From: Candidatus Gastranaerophilales bacterium HUM_1
GTDB taxonomy: Bacteria; Bacteroidota; Bacteroidia; Bacteroidales; UBA932
Assembly: GCA_963646585.1 (NCBI GenBank)
Contig: CAVIXF010000341.1
Span: 1-46,276, forward strand
Reading direction: 5' to 3'
Length of the DNA stretch: 46,276 nucleotides
Shown: positions 9,552 through 16,716 of the stretch, piece after piece
Numbering within the stretch: the first letter of the stretch is position 1
How the letters are laid out: every line of letters starts with the position of its first letter
Notes under the pieces: model-generated
What the model was told of the DNA's origin: nothing
The model's input: the letters and a program-made list of their open reading frames with translations, nothing else
Database searches by the model: none
Program-made: the position numbers and the translations under genes

Positions 9552-9896
9552 ATGAAGCTTACGAATGAAATGATCGAAAAGGCAAAGGCGGCAATCGAGG
9601 CCGACGAAAAGCACGAAATCTTCGCGATCCGCACTCAGGACGTTCCCTTCGAGATGGGAAAAATCGATCACAAGTCGCTTGTCTGGATCGACGGCGAGAT
9701 GACCGACGAAGAGCTCGACGGCATCTGCGCGACAGCCATTGATCCGGATGACGTCACGAAGTGGCTCAACCGCCACAGCCGCGAAGGCTACGAAGGCGAG
9801 CACATCGCGATCCTCGCGGGCAAGGAAAGCAAGGCGGGCGAAGATCCCTTTGAAATCATCATGGAAACCCCCGACGTTATCGCAATCCTCGCGTAA
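9552..9896 (+). CDS. Hypothetical acidic protein
   Basis: AAGGAG SD; first gene after the promoter. Confidence 0.8.
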   Translation: MKLTNEMIEKAKAAIEADEKHEIFAIRTQDVPFEMGKIDHKSLVWIDGEMTDEELDGICATAIDPDDVTKWLNRHSREGYEGEHIAILAGKESKAGEDPFEIIMETPDVIAILA

Positions 9897-9942
9897 AGCA
9901 CACGCTCCTGAGCCGTCGAACGTATCGGCGGCATCCAAAAAT

Positions 9943-9975
9943 CAAGCTGGCGCATCGGCTACACGGCGAGAAGGA
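9943..9975 (+). promoter_or_regulatory. SD-abutting pseudoknot, copy B
   Basis: GCTG-GCGCAT-CGGC-TACACGGCG-AGAAGGA. Confidence 0.6.
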
Positions 9976-9984
9976 TAAAACACT

Positions 9985-10680
9985 ATGTTTTTCAACGAAA
10001 TCAAAATTGCAGGTAAAACCTACGCCGCAGTCAGCTGCACTGCATACCTCCCGACTATCGGCGAGACCGAAGCTGACCGCCGCGACATGATGATCATTAA
10101 CGCAAACGCATACGCCGACACTGACGAGAACAACTATATGCTCATCCCCGAGTACCTCGATGAGGGCGAAGAAATCTCCGAGTGGGATTCCGCATGGAGC
10201 ACCGATAGTGACGACCTCGGAACGGCAATTCACGATGGAGAGTGGTTTGACGTCCACGCCGCGCACACCGACGACGAGCGTAACCACAACGAGACCGAGC
10301 CGGTGAGAGCTTCGGCCAGCTCCTACGGCGGCCAGGCAAGCTACAGCGGTTCCCGCGGCGACGAATCGGTTGACATCCTTGACGTGACCATCCCCAGCAG
10401 TGCATTCTTCCACGACACTGAGCATCGTCTTCTCGCAGAGTTGGTTATCGATGCTTCCGAGACATACGACGAGACTGCGAGCTATTCGGCACTCTGTGAG
10501 ATGATCTCGGATGCTATGGGGGCTCTGGCTTGCCGCCTTGTCAAGCCGGTCGTCATCCCGCTCAGTGACTTCTGCGGCGGTGAGGATATCACCATCGAGC
10601 CGACCCAACCGCATGACGACGAGGATCACGCTTACGACGACGCTCAGATCGTCGAGGGTGTGAAGGTCGAAACCGTCTAA
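9985..10680 (+). CDS. Hypothetical highly acidic protein
   Basis: 231 aa, D/E-rich; AAGGA SD. Confidence 0.8.
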   Translation: MFFNEIKIAGKTYAAVSCTAYLPTIGETEADRRDMMIINANAYADTDENNYMLIPEYLDEGEEISEWDSAWSTDSDDLGTAIHDGEWFDVHAAHTDDERNHNETEPVRASASSYGGQASYSGSRGDESVDILDVTIPSSAFFHDTEHRLLAELVIDASETYDETASYSALCEMISDAMGALACRLVKPVVIPLSDFCGGEDITIEPTQPHDDEDHAYDDAQIVEGVKVETV

Positions 10681-10691
10681 TTTCATCGAAA

Positions 10692-10724
10692 CAAGCTGTC
10701 CTATCGGCTTGACGGGGAGAAGGA
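10692..10724 (+). promoter_or_regulatory. SD-abutting pseudoknot, copy C
   Basis: GCTG-TCCTAT-CGGC-TTGACGGGG-AGAAGGA. Confidence 0.6.
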
Positions 10725-10731
10725 GACCAAA

Positions 10732-11157
10732 ATGTTTAACCTTTGCGACGATACCAACCACGAGGCAGGAATCATCATCCACGGCGAAGAAGCCGTGATC
10801 GTCACCAACTGGAGCAGCTACGGAGACAACCGCGTCCCGATGCTCCTCGACCCGCTCGGCCTGATGGAATGGCCGATCGACGACGAGGACGAGGATGTGA
10901 AGATCGTGAAGCTGCGCGACGTCGAGGACATCCGCGACGAGCTTCCCGGAAAAGTGTGGATCAATGAGGACGGCGACGCCGAAACCGACATGGACATCGT
11001 CAGCGACGCGAATGGCGACCTCCCAGCCCTGTTCGGAATTCGCACCGGCGACACCGACCCGGATTTTTACAAGAGCATTCCCCGCCCGTTTTCCGGCAGT
11101 GTTTATGAGATCACCGGAGCTGATATTAAGGTGATCACGATTAGGGTGTGGGACTGA
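10732..11157 (+). CDS. Hypothetical highly acidic protein
   Basis: 141 aa, D/E-rich; AAGGAG SD. Confidence 0.8.
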   Translation: MFNLCDDTNHEAGIIIHGEEAVIVTNWSSYGDNRVPMLLDPLGLMEWPIDDEDEDVKIVKLRDVEDIRDELPGKVWINEDGDAETDMDIVSDANGDLPALFGIRTGDTDPDFYKSIPRPFSGSVYEITGADIKVITIRVWD

Positions 11158-11900
11158 TGGTGCGAAAGTGTAAAAAGTGCGGAACGGAATTTGTCCCACA
11201 AACAGAGGACCGCTACCTCTGCTCCGAGTGCTACGCGAAAACGATGAGCGAAAACGCCTTCCGCCGTGTCAAGTGCTGGACGTGCGGCAAGGAATTTGAC
11301 GGGCGCATCCGCTCGCGTTACTGCCCGGACTGCGCGGCAGAGAGGCGACGCGAGCGCGACCGGCAGTACCGAAAGACTGGGACGAGGCGCAAGCTCGGCA
11401 GTATCGACCACTGCGAAATCTGCGGCGCGGAGTATGTCGTCGTCAGCGGGCGACAGCGCTACTGCGCGACCTGTGCGGAGGAAGAGAAGAAGAAGTACGC
11501 CGCGCGGGAGAAGCGCGAGTGGTATGACGCCGGAGGAAAGCAGAGGCGCGACGCGAACCGCACCCGCCTGAAGACCGACGCGACCGTGTGCCCTGTGTGC
11601 GGCAAGGCTTTTACGGCGTCGCCGGAGCATCCGCACTACTGCTCGCGGGGGTGCGCCGAAATTGCCGCCGACAATGCTGAGGTACGCCGTATCGTCAATC
11701 GCGACCTGCTCACGGAAAAACTCAACGCGCGGAACAAAACCGGCGTCAGAGGCGTACACCTCGACAGCCGGAGCGGCAAGTATATCGCGAAAATCACCGT
11801 CGACAAGGTGACGCACACGCTCGGACACTTTGACACACTCGAGGAAGCCGCGAAGGCTCGGCACGACGCAGAAATTTATTATAAGGAGAAAAAATCATGA
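11157..11900 (+). CDS. Multi zinc-finger protein with C-terminal AP2 DNA-binding domain
   Basis: Four CxxC..CxxC units; NKTGVRGV...KYIAKI...LGHFDTLEEAAKAR AP2 motif. Confidence 0.8.
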   Translation: MVRKCKKCGTEFVPQTEDRYLCSECYAKTMSENAFRRVKCWTCGKEFDGRIRSRYCPDCAAERRRERDRQYRKTGTRRKLGSIDHCEICGAEYVVVSGRQRYCATCAEEEKKKYAAREKREWYDAGGKQRRDANRTRLKTDATVCPVCGKAFTASPEHPHYCSRGCAEIAADNAEVRRIVNRDLLTEKLNARNKTGVRGVHLDSRSGKYIAKITVDKVTHTLGHFDTLEEAAKARHDAEIYYKEKKS

Positions 11901-12325
11901 AAAAAGTAATCCAAGGTGTCCTCTGCGACACCAGCACAGCAAAATACCTCGGAAAGGCATCCTATCTGGGTGACCGCGACTTTGCCCACTGGAACGAGGA
12001 ACTTTACCGAACAAAATCCGGGAAGTATTTCCTCTACGGCGAGGGAGGACCCGCCAGCCGATACGCCGTGACCATCGGGCAGAATGAGTGGTCGGGCGGC
12101 GAGAAGATACAGCTGCTCTCCCGCGAAACCGCGATGGAATGGGCGGAGGAATATCTCGACGGCGACGAGTATATTGCAGCCTTCGGCGATCCGGAGGAAA
12201 CCGAGAAAGCCATGTCGATCGTCCTGCCGGTGACGAGCAGGGAACGGCTCGAGGTGCTCAAGCGCGAGACCGGGATGACATTTTCGGAGATTATCGCGAA
12301 GGCGGTTGATCAGTACCAAAAATGA
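11897..12325 (+). CDS. Hypothetical protein with C-terminal ribbon-helix-helix-like segment
   Basis: MSIVLPVTSRERLEVLKRETGMTFSEIIAKAV; AAGGAG SD. Confidence 0.65.
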   Translation: MKKVIQGVLCDTSTAKYLGKASYLGDRDFAHWNEELYRTKSGKYFLYGEGGPASRYAVTIGQNEWSGGEKIQLLSRETAMEWAEEYLDGDEYIAAFGDPEETEKAMSIVLPVTSRERLEVLKRETGMTFSEIIAKAVDQYQK

Positions 12326-12330
12326 GAACG

Positions 12331-12358
12331 AGCCGGGGATTTTGCCCCCGGCTTTTCT
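12331..12358 (+). terminator. Intrinsic terminator
   Basis: AGCCGGGG-attttgc-CCCCGGCT followed by T-run. Confidence 0.75.
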
Positions 12359-12366
12359 CGTGACAG

Positions 12367-12389
12367 CGTGACGGATTCGTGACGGATTT
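12367..12389 (+). repeat. Integrase arm-type binding repeats, left
   Basis: Tandem CGTGACGGATT x2. Confidence 0.7.
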
Positions 12390-12471
12390 GGTTCCAAAAT
12401 GCCGTTTTTCGTGGCGGAATTCCGCTATGGGAGACGGAATAAGAAGAGCCGAAAACCCGCATGAATACAAG

Positions 12472-12503
12472 AAAAAACCGCCTATCGGCTTGATAAGCGG
12501 TTT
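12472..12503 (-). terminator. Terminator downstream of the tRNA-derived core
   Basis: On the minus strand AAACCGCTTATC-aagcc-GATAGGCGGTTTTTT. Confidence 0.65.
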
Positions 12504-12510
12504 ATTCCGT

Positions 12511-12535
12511 TGGCGCGCCTGGCGGGATTCGAACC
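12511..12535 (-). other. attP core: 3' end of a tRNA (probably tRNA-Arg)
   Basis: Minus strand GGTTCGAATCCCGCCAGGCGCGCCA = T-arm, acceptor strand and CCA; adjacent to integrase and flanked by arm repeats. Confidence 0.85.
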
Positions 12536-12583
12536 AGTCGGAAATGTCCGAAAAACTCGATGAATACTGGATTGTTCAAAAAA

Positions 12584-12607
12584 CGTGACGGATTTCATGA
12601 CGGATTT
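12584..12607 (+). repeat. Integrase arm-type binding repeats, right
   Basis: CGTGACGGATTT followed by CATGACGGATTT. Confidence 0.7.
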
Positions 12608-13632
12608 CATAAAATGCCGTTGTAGTACGTTTCAAGCCGGTCGAACATTTCGTCCTTCTTGTCCTGCATAATGTGGCCGTAAACACGGTTTACCATATTC
12701 TCCGTATCATGCCCCAGATAGTTGGAAATGTACTTCGTCGGAATCCCCAACATGATCATTACCGACGCGCAGTAATGACGGAGCTCATGAAATGTATAAT
12801 GCTTGCCCGGGCAAGCGGTTTCAAGCGCGACGCAATACCTATCGTAAATATTGTGCGCCTTAAGGTCGGTGACAAACTCGGCGTCGGGACGATAAGCGCG
12901 TTTAAGCGACGCATACACGGGCGGGAGCATTTTCAGCGTCCGTGTGCTGTCCGTCGTCTTCGTGCCTTTGAGGCAAATCGACCGGTCGGCGCGGGTGATT
13001 TTCGCGGAGCGTATGCGCAGCACCTTTTTGTCAAAATCAACATCCCGCCACCGCAGACCGAGAATTTCCGACTGCCTCATCCCACAGAGCGCCGCAAGGT
13101 ATACCGGTGCGTCTATGTCCGTCCCCTCGACCTCATGTAGCAGGGCAAGGACGTCCGCCTCCGTCGGGATTATCGTGTCGGGCTTCTCCCGCTGCGGCAA
13201 TTTCGTCCGCAGCACAAACTCCGGTCGGAACATCTTAAGCGACGCGGACAACAGCCCGTGCATATTCCGCACCGTTTTCGGCTTGTGGTCGACCGATTCA
13301 AGCCCGATGGCGATTTGCACCTGTTCCTGCGTCAGCTCCGACACGAGCAGTGGCTGTATCGTCTCGAGGCTGTTGTCGCACAGCTTGATATACTCATCGT
13401 ACGTCTTCGGCGACAGCGTGTTCTTCTTCGCCTCCGAATACCGCCTCATCGCCTCGCCGACCGTCATCCCCGCATAGGGGTCGTCCGGCTTGTCCACCTT
13501 CTGTTCCGCCTCGAACTGCGCCGCGCGGAGCTGCACGTCCTTCTTATCCTTGCCGGAAAACGTCTTGTACTTATTATCCCCAATCAGCACCCGTGCCCGC
13601 CAGCTGCCGCTCGGAAGCTTGTCTATAATCAT
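12607..13632 (-). CDS. int: Tyrosine integrase
   Basis: GMRQSEILGL, KT, FHELRHYCAS, LGH, VYGH catalytic motifs. Confidence 0.96.
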   Translation of the reverse strand: MIIDKLPSGSWRARVLIGDNKYKTFSGKDKKDVQLRAAQFEAEQKVDKPDDPYAGMTVGEAMRRYSEAKKNTLSPKTYDEYIKLCDNSLETIQPLLVSELTQEQVQIAIGLESVDHKPKTVRNMHGLLSASLKMFRPEFVLRTKLPQREKPDTIIPTEADVLALLHEVEGTDIDAPVYLAALCGMRQSEILGLRWRDVDFDKKVLRIRSAKITRADRSICLKGTKTTDSTRTLKMLPPVYASLKRAYRPDAEFVTDLKAHNIYDRYCVALETACPGKHYTFHELRHYCASVMIMLGIPTKYISNYLGHDTENMVNRVYGHIMQDKKDEMFDRLETYYNGIL

Positions 13633-13636
13633 GCCT

Positions 13637-14068
13637 TCACCTCTGAATCCATCCGACCGTGGGATTCATTAAATCATACGCGAACAGAAAGCATATAAAC
13701 GCCACGAGCAGCACCGCGACCACCACGGCCGCCCGGAACTCCTTCTGCGTCCGCGCTATCATTGCCTTCAAATCCTCGATCCGCTCGAGGTATATCTTCT
13801 CCAACGCATTCACGGCTTCTTCCATTGTCACTTCTTCCGGTTCCTCCTGTTCATCCGTTTCAGACACCCCGCTCACCAACTCGTCAACCGTCACGTCGAA
13901 CGCCGCCGCGAGCAGCGACACCGTTGTGCGCGTCGTCGGGTATCCCTTCAATATCCGCTTTATCGTCCCCTCCGACAACCCCGCCGTCTCGGCGAGCCGC
14001 AAATTCGTGAGGCAATTTTTGTCCATTAATTTCTGTAGCGCGTCCACATTTACGGTGATATTTGCCAA
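13637..14068 (-). CDS. XRE-type HTH protein with C-terminal TM anchor
   Basis: LAETAGLSEGTIKRIL HTH; VVVAVLLVAFICFLFAY TM; GGAGG SD before TTG. Confidence 0.75.
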   Translation of the reverse strand: MANITVNVDALQKLMDKNCLTNLRLAETAGLSEGTIKRILKGYPTTRTTVSLLAAAFDVTVDELVSGVSETDEQEEPEEVTMEEAVNALEKIYLERIEDLKAMIARTQKEFRAAVVVAVLLVAFICFLFAYDLMNPTVGWIQR

Positions 14069-14118
14069 TATTAACCTCCGTTACCCGAACATTGTCGAAA
14101 ATTGACCGACGATTACCC

Positions 14119-14147
14119 TTGCGTTTTGGCGAAAATGGGTGTATAAT
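14119..14147 (+). promoter_or_regulatory. Sigma-A promoter for the small gene at 14185
   Basis: TTGCGT-17-TATAAT. Confidence 0.6.
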
Positions 14148-14184
14148 GGAATCAATCAATAAACGCGAAAGCGAGGATATCCGA

Positions 14185-14343
14185 ATGAAGTACATACCGA
14201 ATCAGCCCGAACCTCCCGACTACGAATACCGATACCTCACAAAGGACGAACTCAAACTCGTCAAAGACTTCCGCACCCTCGCGCCGGAAAACCAGCGCAA
14301 GGCAATCGCCCACCTGCGACGGCTCAAACAGTCGCAGGAATAA
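14185..14343 (+). CDS. Small protein resembling the repressor C-terminal domain
   Basis: GAGGA SD; LTKDELKLVKDFRTLAPENQR; own promoter and terminator. Confidence 0.65.
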   Translation: MKYIPNQPEPPDYEYRYLTKDELKLVKDFRTLAPENQRKAIAHLRRLKQSQE

Positions 14344-14349
14344 TTACTC

Positions 14350-14371
14350 GCCGCCTTCGGGCGGCTTTTTT
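14350..14371 (+). terminator. Intrinsic terminator (UUCG tetraloop)
   Basis: GCCGCC-TTCG-GGCGGC-TTTTTT. Confidence 0.85.
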
Positions 14372-14984
14372 ATTTTATACTTGCATTATAAATTAATTCT
14401 TCGAGCTTGTCGCGATCCCATAGCACAACCCCTGTCTCTTTTGCGAGAATCTTTGCATTCTCGCTGAAATACAAGTTGGTTATGACAACCGCGGAATCCG
14501 CATTGTAGTGAATGCGCCCTGAATATATCTCTTGAACCGGTTTGAGCCCGATTCTGCTGCCCGGCGAATACCTCTTGCATTGAATCGCATATTTCAAGCC
14601 GTTCTTATGCGCGATTATGTCTGTACCGTAATCGCCGCTTGCAACAGTCACTTCGACGTGCTGAAATCCGTTTTTGCGAAGCAACTGCGCAATATAGTGC
14701 TCGAACATATGCCCTTCCATGTAATCGATATCATGCCAGTCGATTTGATGATCCGGCGATGGTAGAGCGGCGTTCTCAATGCGTTTTCTCTCGGCGTAAT
14801 TCGCTAAAGCTTCACAGGCTGCTAAAATCACAGGAAGCAATAAGTGCAGTATCTTAACTATAGCAATTATAGATAAAATTGCAACTACAACTTTCCAGTA
14901 ATTAACAAGAATCGCAAACGCAAATATCCCGACCGCTATGGTAAATGTGCATCCAACGTCCGACTTCGACGATCTCCTACTCAT
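14370..14984 (-). CDS. Membrane-anchored Mrr-like restriction endonuclease-domain protein
   Basis: FEHYIA..SGDYGTDII..AIQCKRY Mrr_cat motif; N-terminal TM segments. Confidence 0.85.
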   Translation of the reverse strand: MSRRSSKSDVGCTFTIAVGIFAFAILVNYWKVVVAILSIIAIVKILHLLLPVILAACEALANYAERKRIENAALPSPDHQIDWHDIDYMEGHMFEHYIAQLLRKNGFQHVEVTVASGDYGTDIIAHKNGLKYAIQCKRYSPGSRIGLKPVQEIYSGRIHYNADSAVVITNLYFSENAKILAKETGVVLWDRDKLEELIYNASIK

Positions 14985-15295
14985 GACCGTTCATCGGTTC
15001 GGCTCGCGCACAGTGCTTCAAGCCTTTCGACGATATCCGCCATGCCGTGCAAATGCGCGCCTATCGCAGAGCACACCGCCCCTGCCGCAAAGACGCCGAG
15101 AACGACGCCTACCCAGAACGACGCCGCGTATGCCATACCGCCGTTTACAAACGACACGACGAAGATTATAACAGCGGCGACATACGCCAGCGCCGCTATC
15201 ACGGCGAACACGGTCGAAATGCGCTTCAACCACGGGATTGACTCGGGTGCACTTCGCTTTACGGTTGCTGCGGGGGTGGATTCATTTTGTTCCAT
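14981..15295 (-). CDS. Two-TM membrane protein
   Basis: Two long hydrophobic segments; AAGGA SD; directly downstream of the repressor. Confidence 0.7.
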   Translation of the reverse strand: MEQNESTPAATVKRSAPESIPWLKRISTVFAVIAALAYVAAVIIFVVSFVNGGMAYAASFWVGVVLGVFAAGAVCSAIGAHLHGMADIVERLEALCASRTDERS

Positions 15296-15301
15296 AACAA
15301 A

Positions 15302-15640
15302 TCATCCTTTCATCTGTTCAATAATTTTTTTGAAAAGCTCGCGCTTCTCCGGCGATATGTCACGGTAAAGTTCGAGCATTTCTACTTCTTCGGGGGACAG
15401 CTGCACCGGGGTGCTGTCCGGGGCGGGGTCGTCAGTCTCTCCGATGAGATAATCGGGGGAGACGCCGAGGGTGCCAGCGAAACTGTTGAGGTCTTCCGGC
15501 TTCAAAGCACATTTCCCGTTCCATATATCGTTGAGATATGTGTTCTTCCTGCCTATCTTGTCGGTGAGGTATTTTTGAGATATGCCGGTTTCCTTACACG
15601 TTTGTTTCAGACGTTCTTTGAATGTGGTAATATTGTACAT
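15302..15640 (-). CDS. CI-like XRE repressor without peptidase domain
   Basis: RLKQTCKETGISQKYL...LGVSPDYLIGETDDP; divergent from the early promoter. Confidence 0.85.
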   Translation of the reverse strand: MYNITTFKERLKQTCKETGISQKYLTDKIGRKNTYLNDIWNGKCALKPEDLNSFAGTLGVSPDYLIGETDDPAPDSTPVQLSPEEVEMLELYRDISPEKRELFKKIIEQMKG

Positions 15641-15672
15641 AAATAGCCTTTCTTTTTGTGCACAACGGCGAA

Positions 15673-15725
15673 TCTAATAATAATTAGATAAACCTATTGA
15701 CATCTAACAAAAATTAGAGTATAAT
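15673..15725 (+). promoter_or_regulatory. Early lytic promoter with two operators
   Basis: TTGACA 15697-15702, 17 bp, TATAAT 15720-15725; TCTAA-N6-TTAGA at 15673-15688 and 15703-15718 (second fills the spacer). Confidence 0.85.
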
Positions 15726-15762
15726 ATATTCAGTCACAAGAAATTGACAGGAGGTGAAGAAA

Positions 15763-16002
15763 ATGGTACCTCGTGAAGAGCTCACCCCACAGGTCGTCGT
15801 CGATGGACTGGCGGACAGCTACGCAGCGTTTCTGAAGGTCGCGCGGCTGTATCTCGGGGCGGACATTGAGAAGCCTTTCTACGAGCTTAACGAAGCTTTC
15901 AAGAAAGCGATTGACGCTGCTCTTACTTTCTACCACGGCTGGAAGATTTCCTCTTTTTCAGAGTCATCCGCTGTTGCTCCGGAAGATCAATCTGTTCGAT
16001 AA
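15763..16002 (+). CDS. Hypothetical early protein
   Basis: AGGAGGTGA SD. Confidence 0.7.
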   Translation: MVPREELTPQVVVDGLADSYAAFLKVARLYLGADIEKPFYELNEAFKKAIDAALTFYHGWKISSFSESSAVAPEDQSVR

Positions 16003-16330
16003 GTTCAAGCAATAAGTCGTGAACTTCGTCCGCTTTCCGCGCGTCGGCGAGCTGATTTATTCGAGTTATCAAGTCCCATTGCGAGCGGTCGACATACAGA
16101 TAAATTTTACCGCACACCTGATAAAACTTGTTGTTCTGCCCAGACCGGCACGTGCTTACTTCATCGATATACTCAGTCAGCGCGGCAAGCTTAAGCTCAT
16201 CGAAATGTTCTATCCGCTTCCGCCGCTCATCGAGCCGGGACGCCACAAGCTGAATGATTCCCGGCAGCGACGCGACGAGAACGGCGGACGACCATGTGAG
16301 AAGATTAAAGACTACGTTGTTATCCATCAC
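15923..16330 (-). CDS. Membrane-anchored hypothetical protein (possible superinfection exclusion)
   Basis: N-terminal TM; GAGGT SD; antisense to the early operon. Confidence 0.6.
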   Translation of the reverse strand: MMDNNVVFNLLTWSSAVLVASLPGIIQLVASRLDERRKRIEHFDELKLAALTEYIDEVSTCRSGQNNKFYQVCGKIYLYVDRSQWDLITRINQLADARKADEVHDLLLELIEQIDLPEQQRMTLKKRKSSSRGRK

Positions 16331-16461
16331 ATTACCTCAAAATTGAATATGACGTCGGGCGAGGTTATTCCGAATTCAGGCGGATTCCTGAATACGGTTA
16401 TTTTCTGAGATGTGCGATAATCGAAATGTCAGTGAACTCAGTCGCTTAAACTGTCAGCTGA

Positions 16462-16545
16462 TTAAAGCGTCAGACCAAGCATTAAGAGGTCAACGATGAG
16501 CTGGAGAATGCAGATTGTTAAATACAGTTTCTCGAATTTACTCAC
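16462..16545 (-). CDS. 27-aa hydrophobic peptide MSKFEKLYLTICILQLIVDLLMLGLTL
   Basis: GGAGGTG SD 5 nt before GTG; own promoter; too short for the ORF track. Confidence 0.6.
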   Translation of the reverse strand: MSKFEKLYLTICILQLIVDLLMLGLTL

Positions 16546-16569
16546 AAGACCACCTCCCCATTACGGTTC

Positions 16570-16604
16570 GGCGCTCTGGCGCTCTGGGCGCTCTATGGCG
16601 CTCT
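16570..16604 (-). repeat. 4x AGAGCGCC tandem repeats
   Basis: GGCGCTCT on plus at 16570, 16578, 16587 and 16597. Confidence 0.95.
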
Positions 16605-16655
16605 CAGTTTAGGGTATCGGAACCTCGCTCGGCGGCCATATAAAATGGCACTTCT

Positions 16656-16684
16656 ATTATATCACATTGTCACCATCTTGTCAA
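16656..16684 (-). promoter_or_regulatory. Consensus sigma-A promoter, leftward, extended -10
   Basis: Minus strand TTGACA-agatggtgacaatgtga-TATAAT; -35 lies in the palindrome TGTCAA-N6-TTGACA. Confidence 0.85.
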
Positions 16685-16716
16685 GAAATTTTGACAGAAT
16701 TTAGGAGGAGAAAACA

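Noticed and set aside
12481..12493. CCTATCGGCTTGA shared with pseudoknot copy C
   Set aside because: 13-mer inside the att terminator, without stem 1 or SD; chance-level match.
12511..12535. Intact tRNA gene
   Set aside because: Only the T-arm and 3' acceptor strand are present.
14085..14100. LexA (Cheo) box near the small-gene promoter
   Set aside because: CGAACATTGTCG does not fit GAAC-N4-GTTC.
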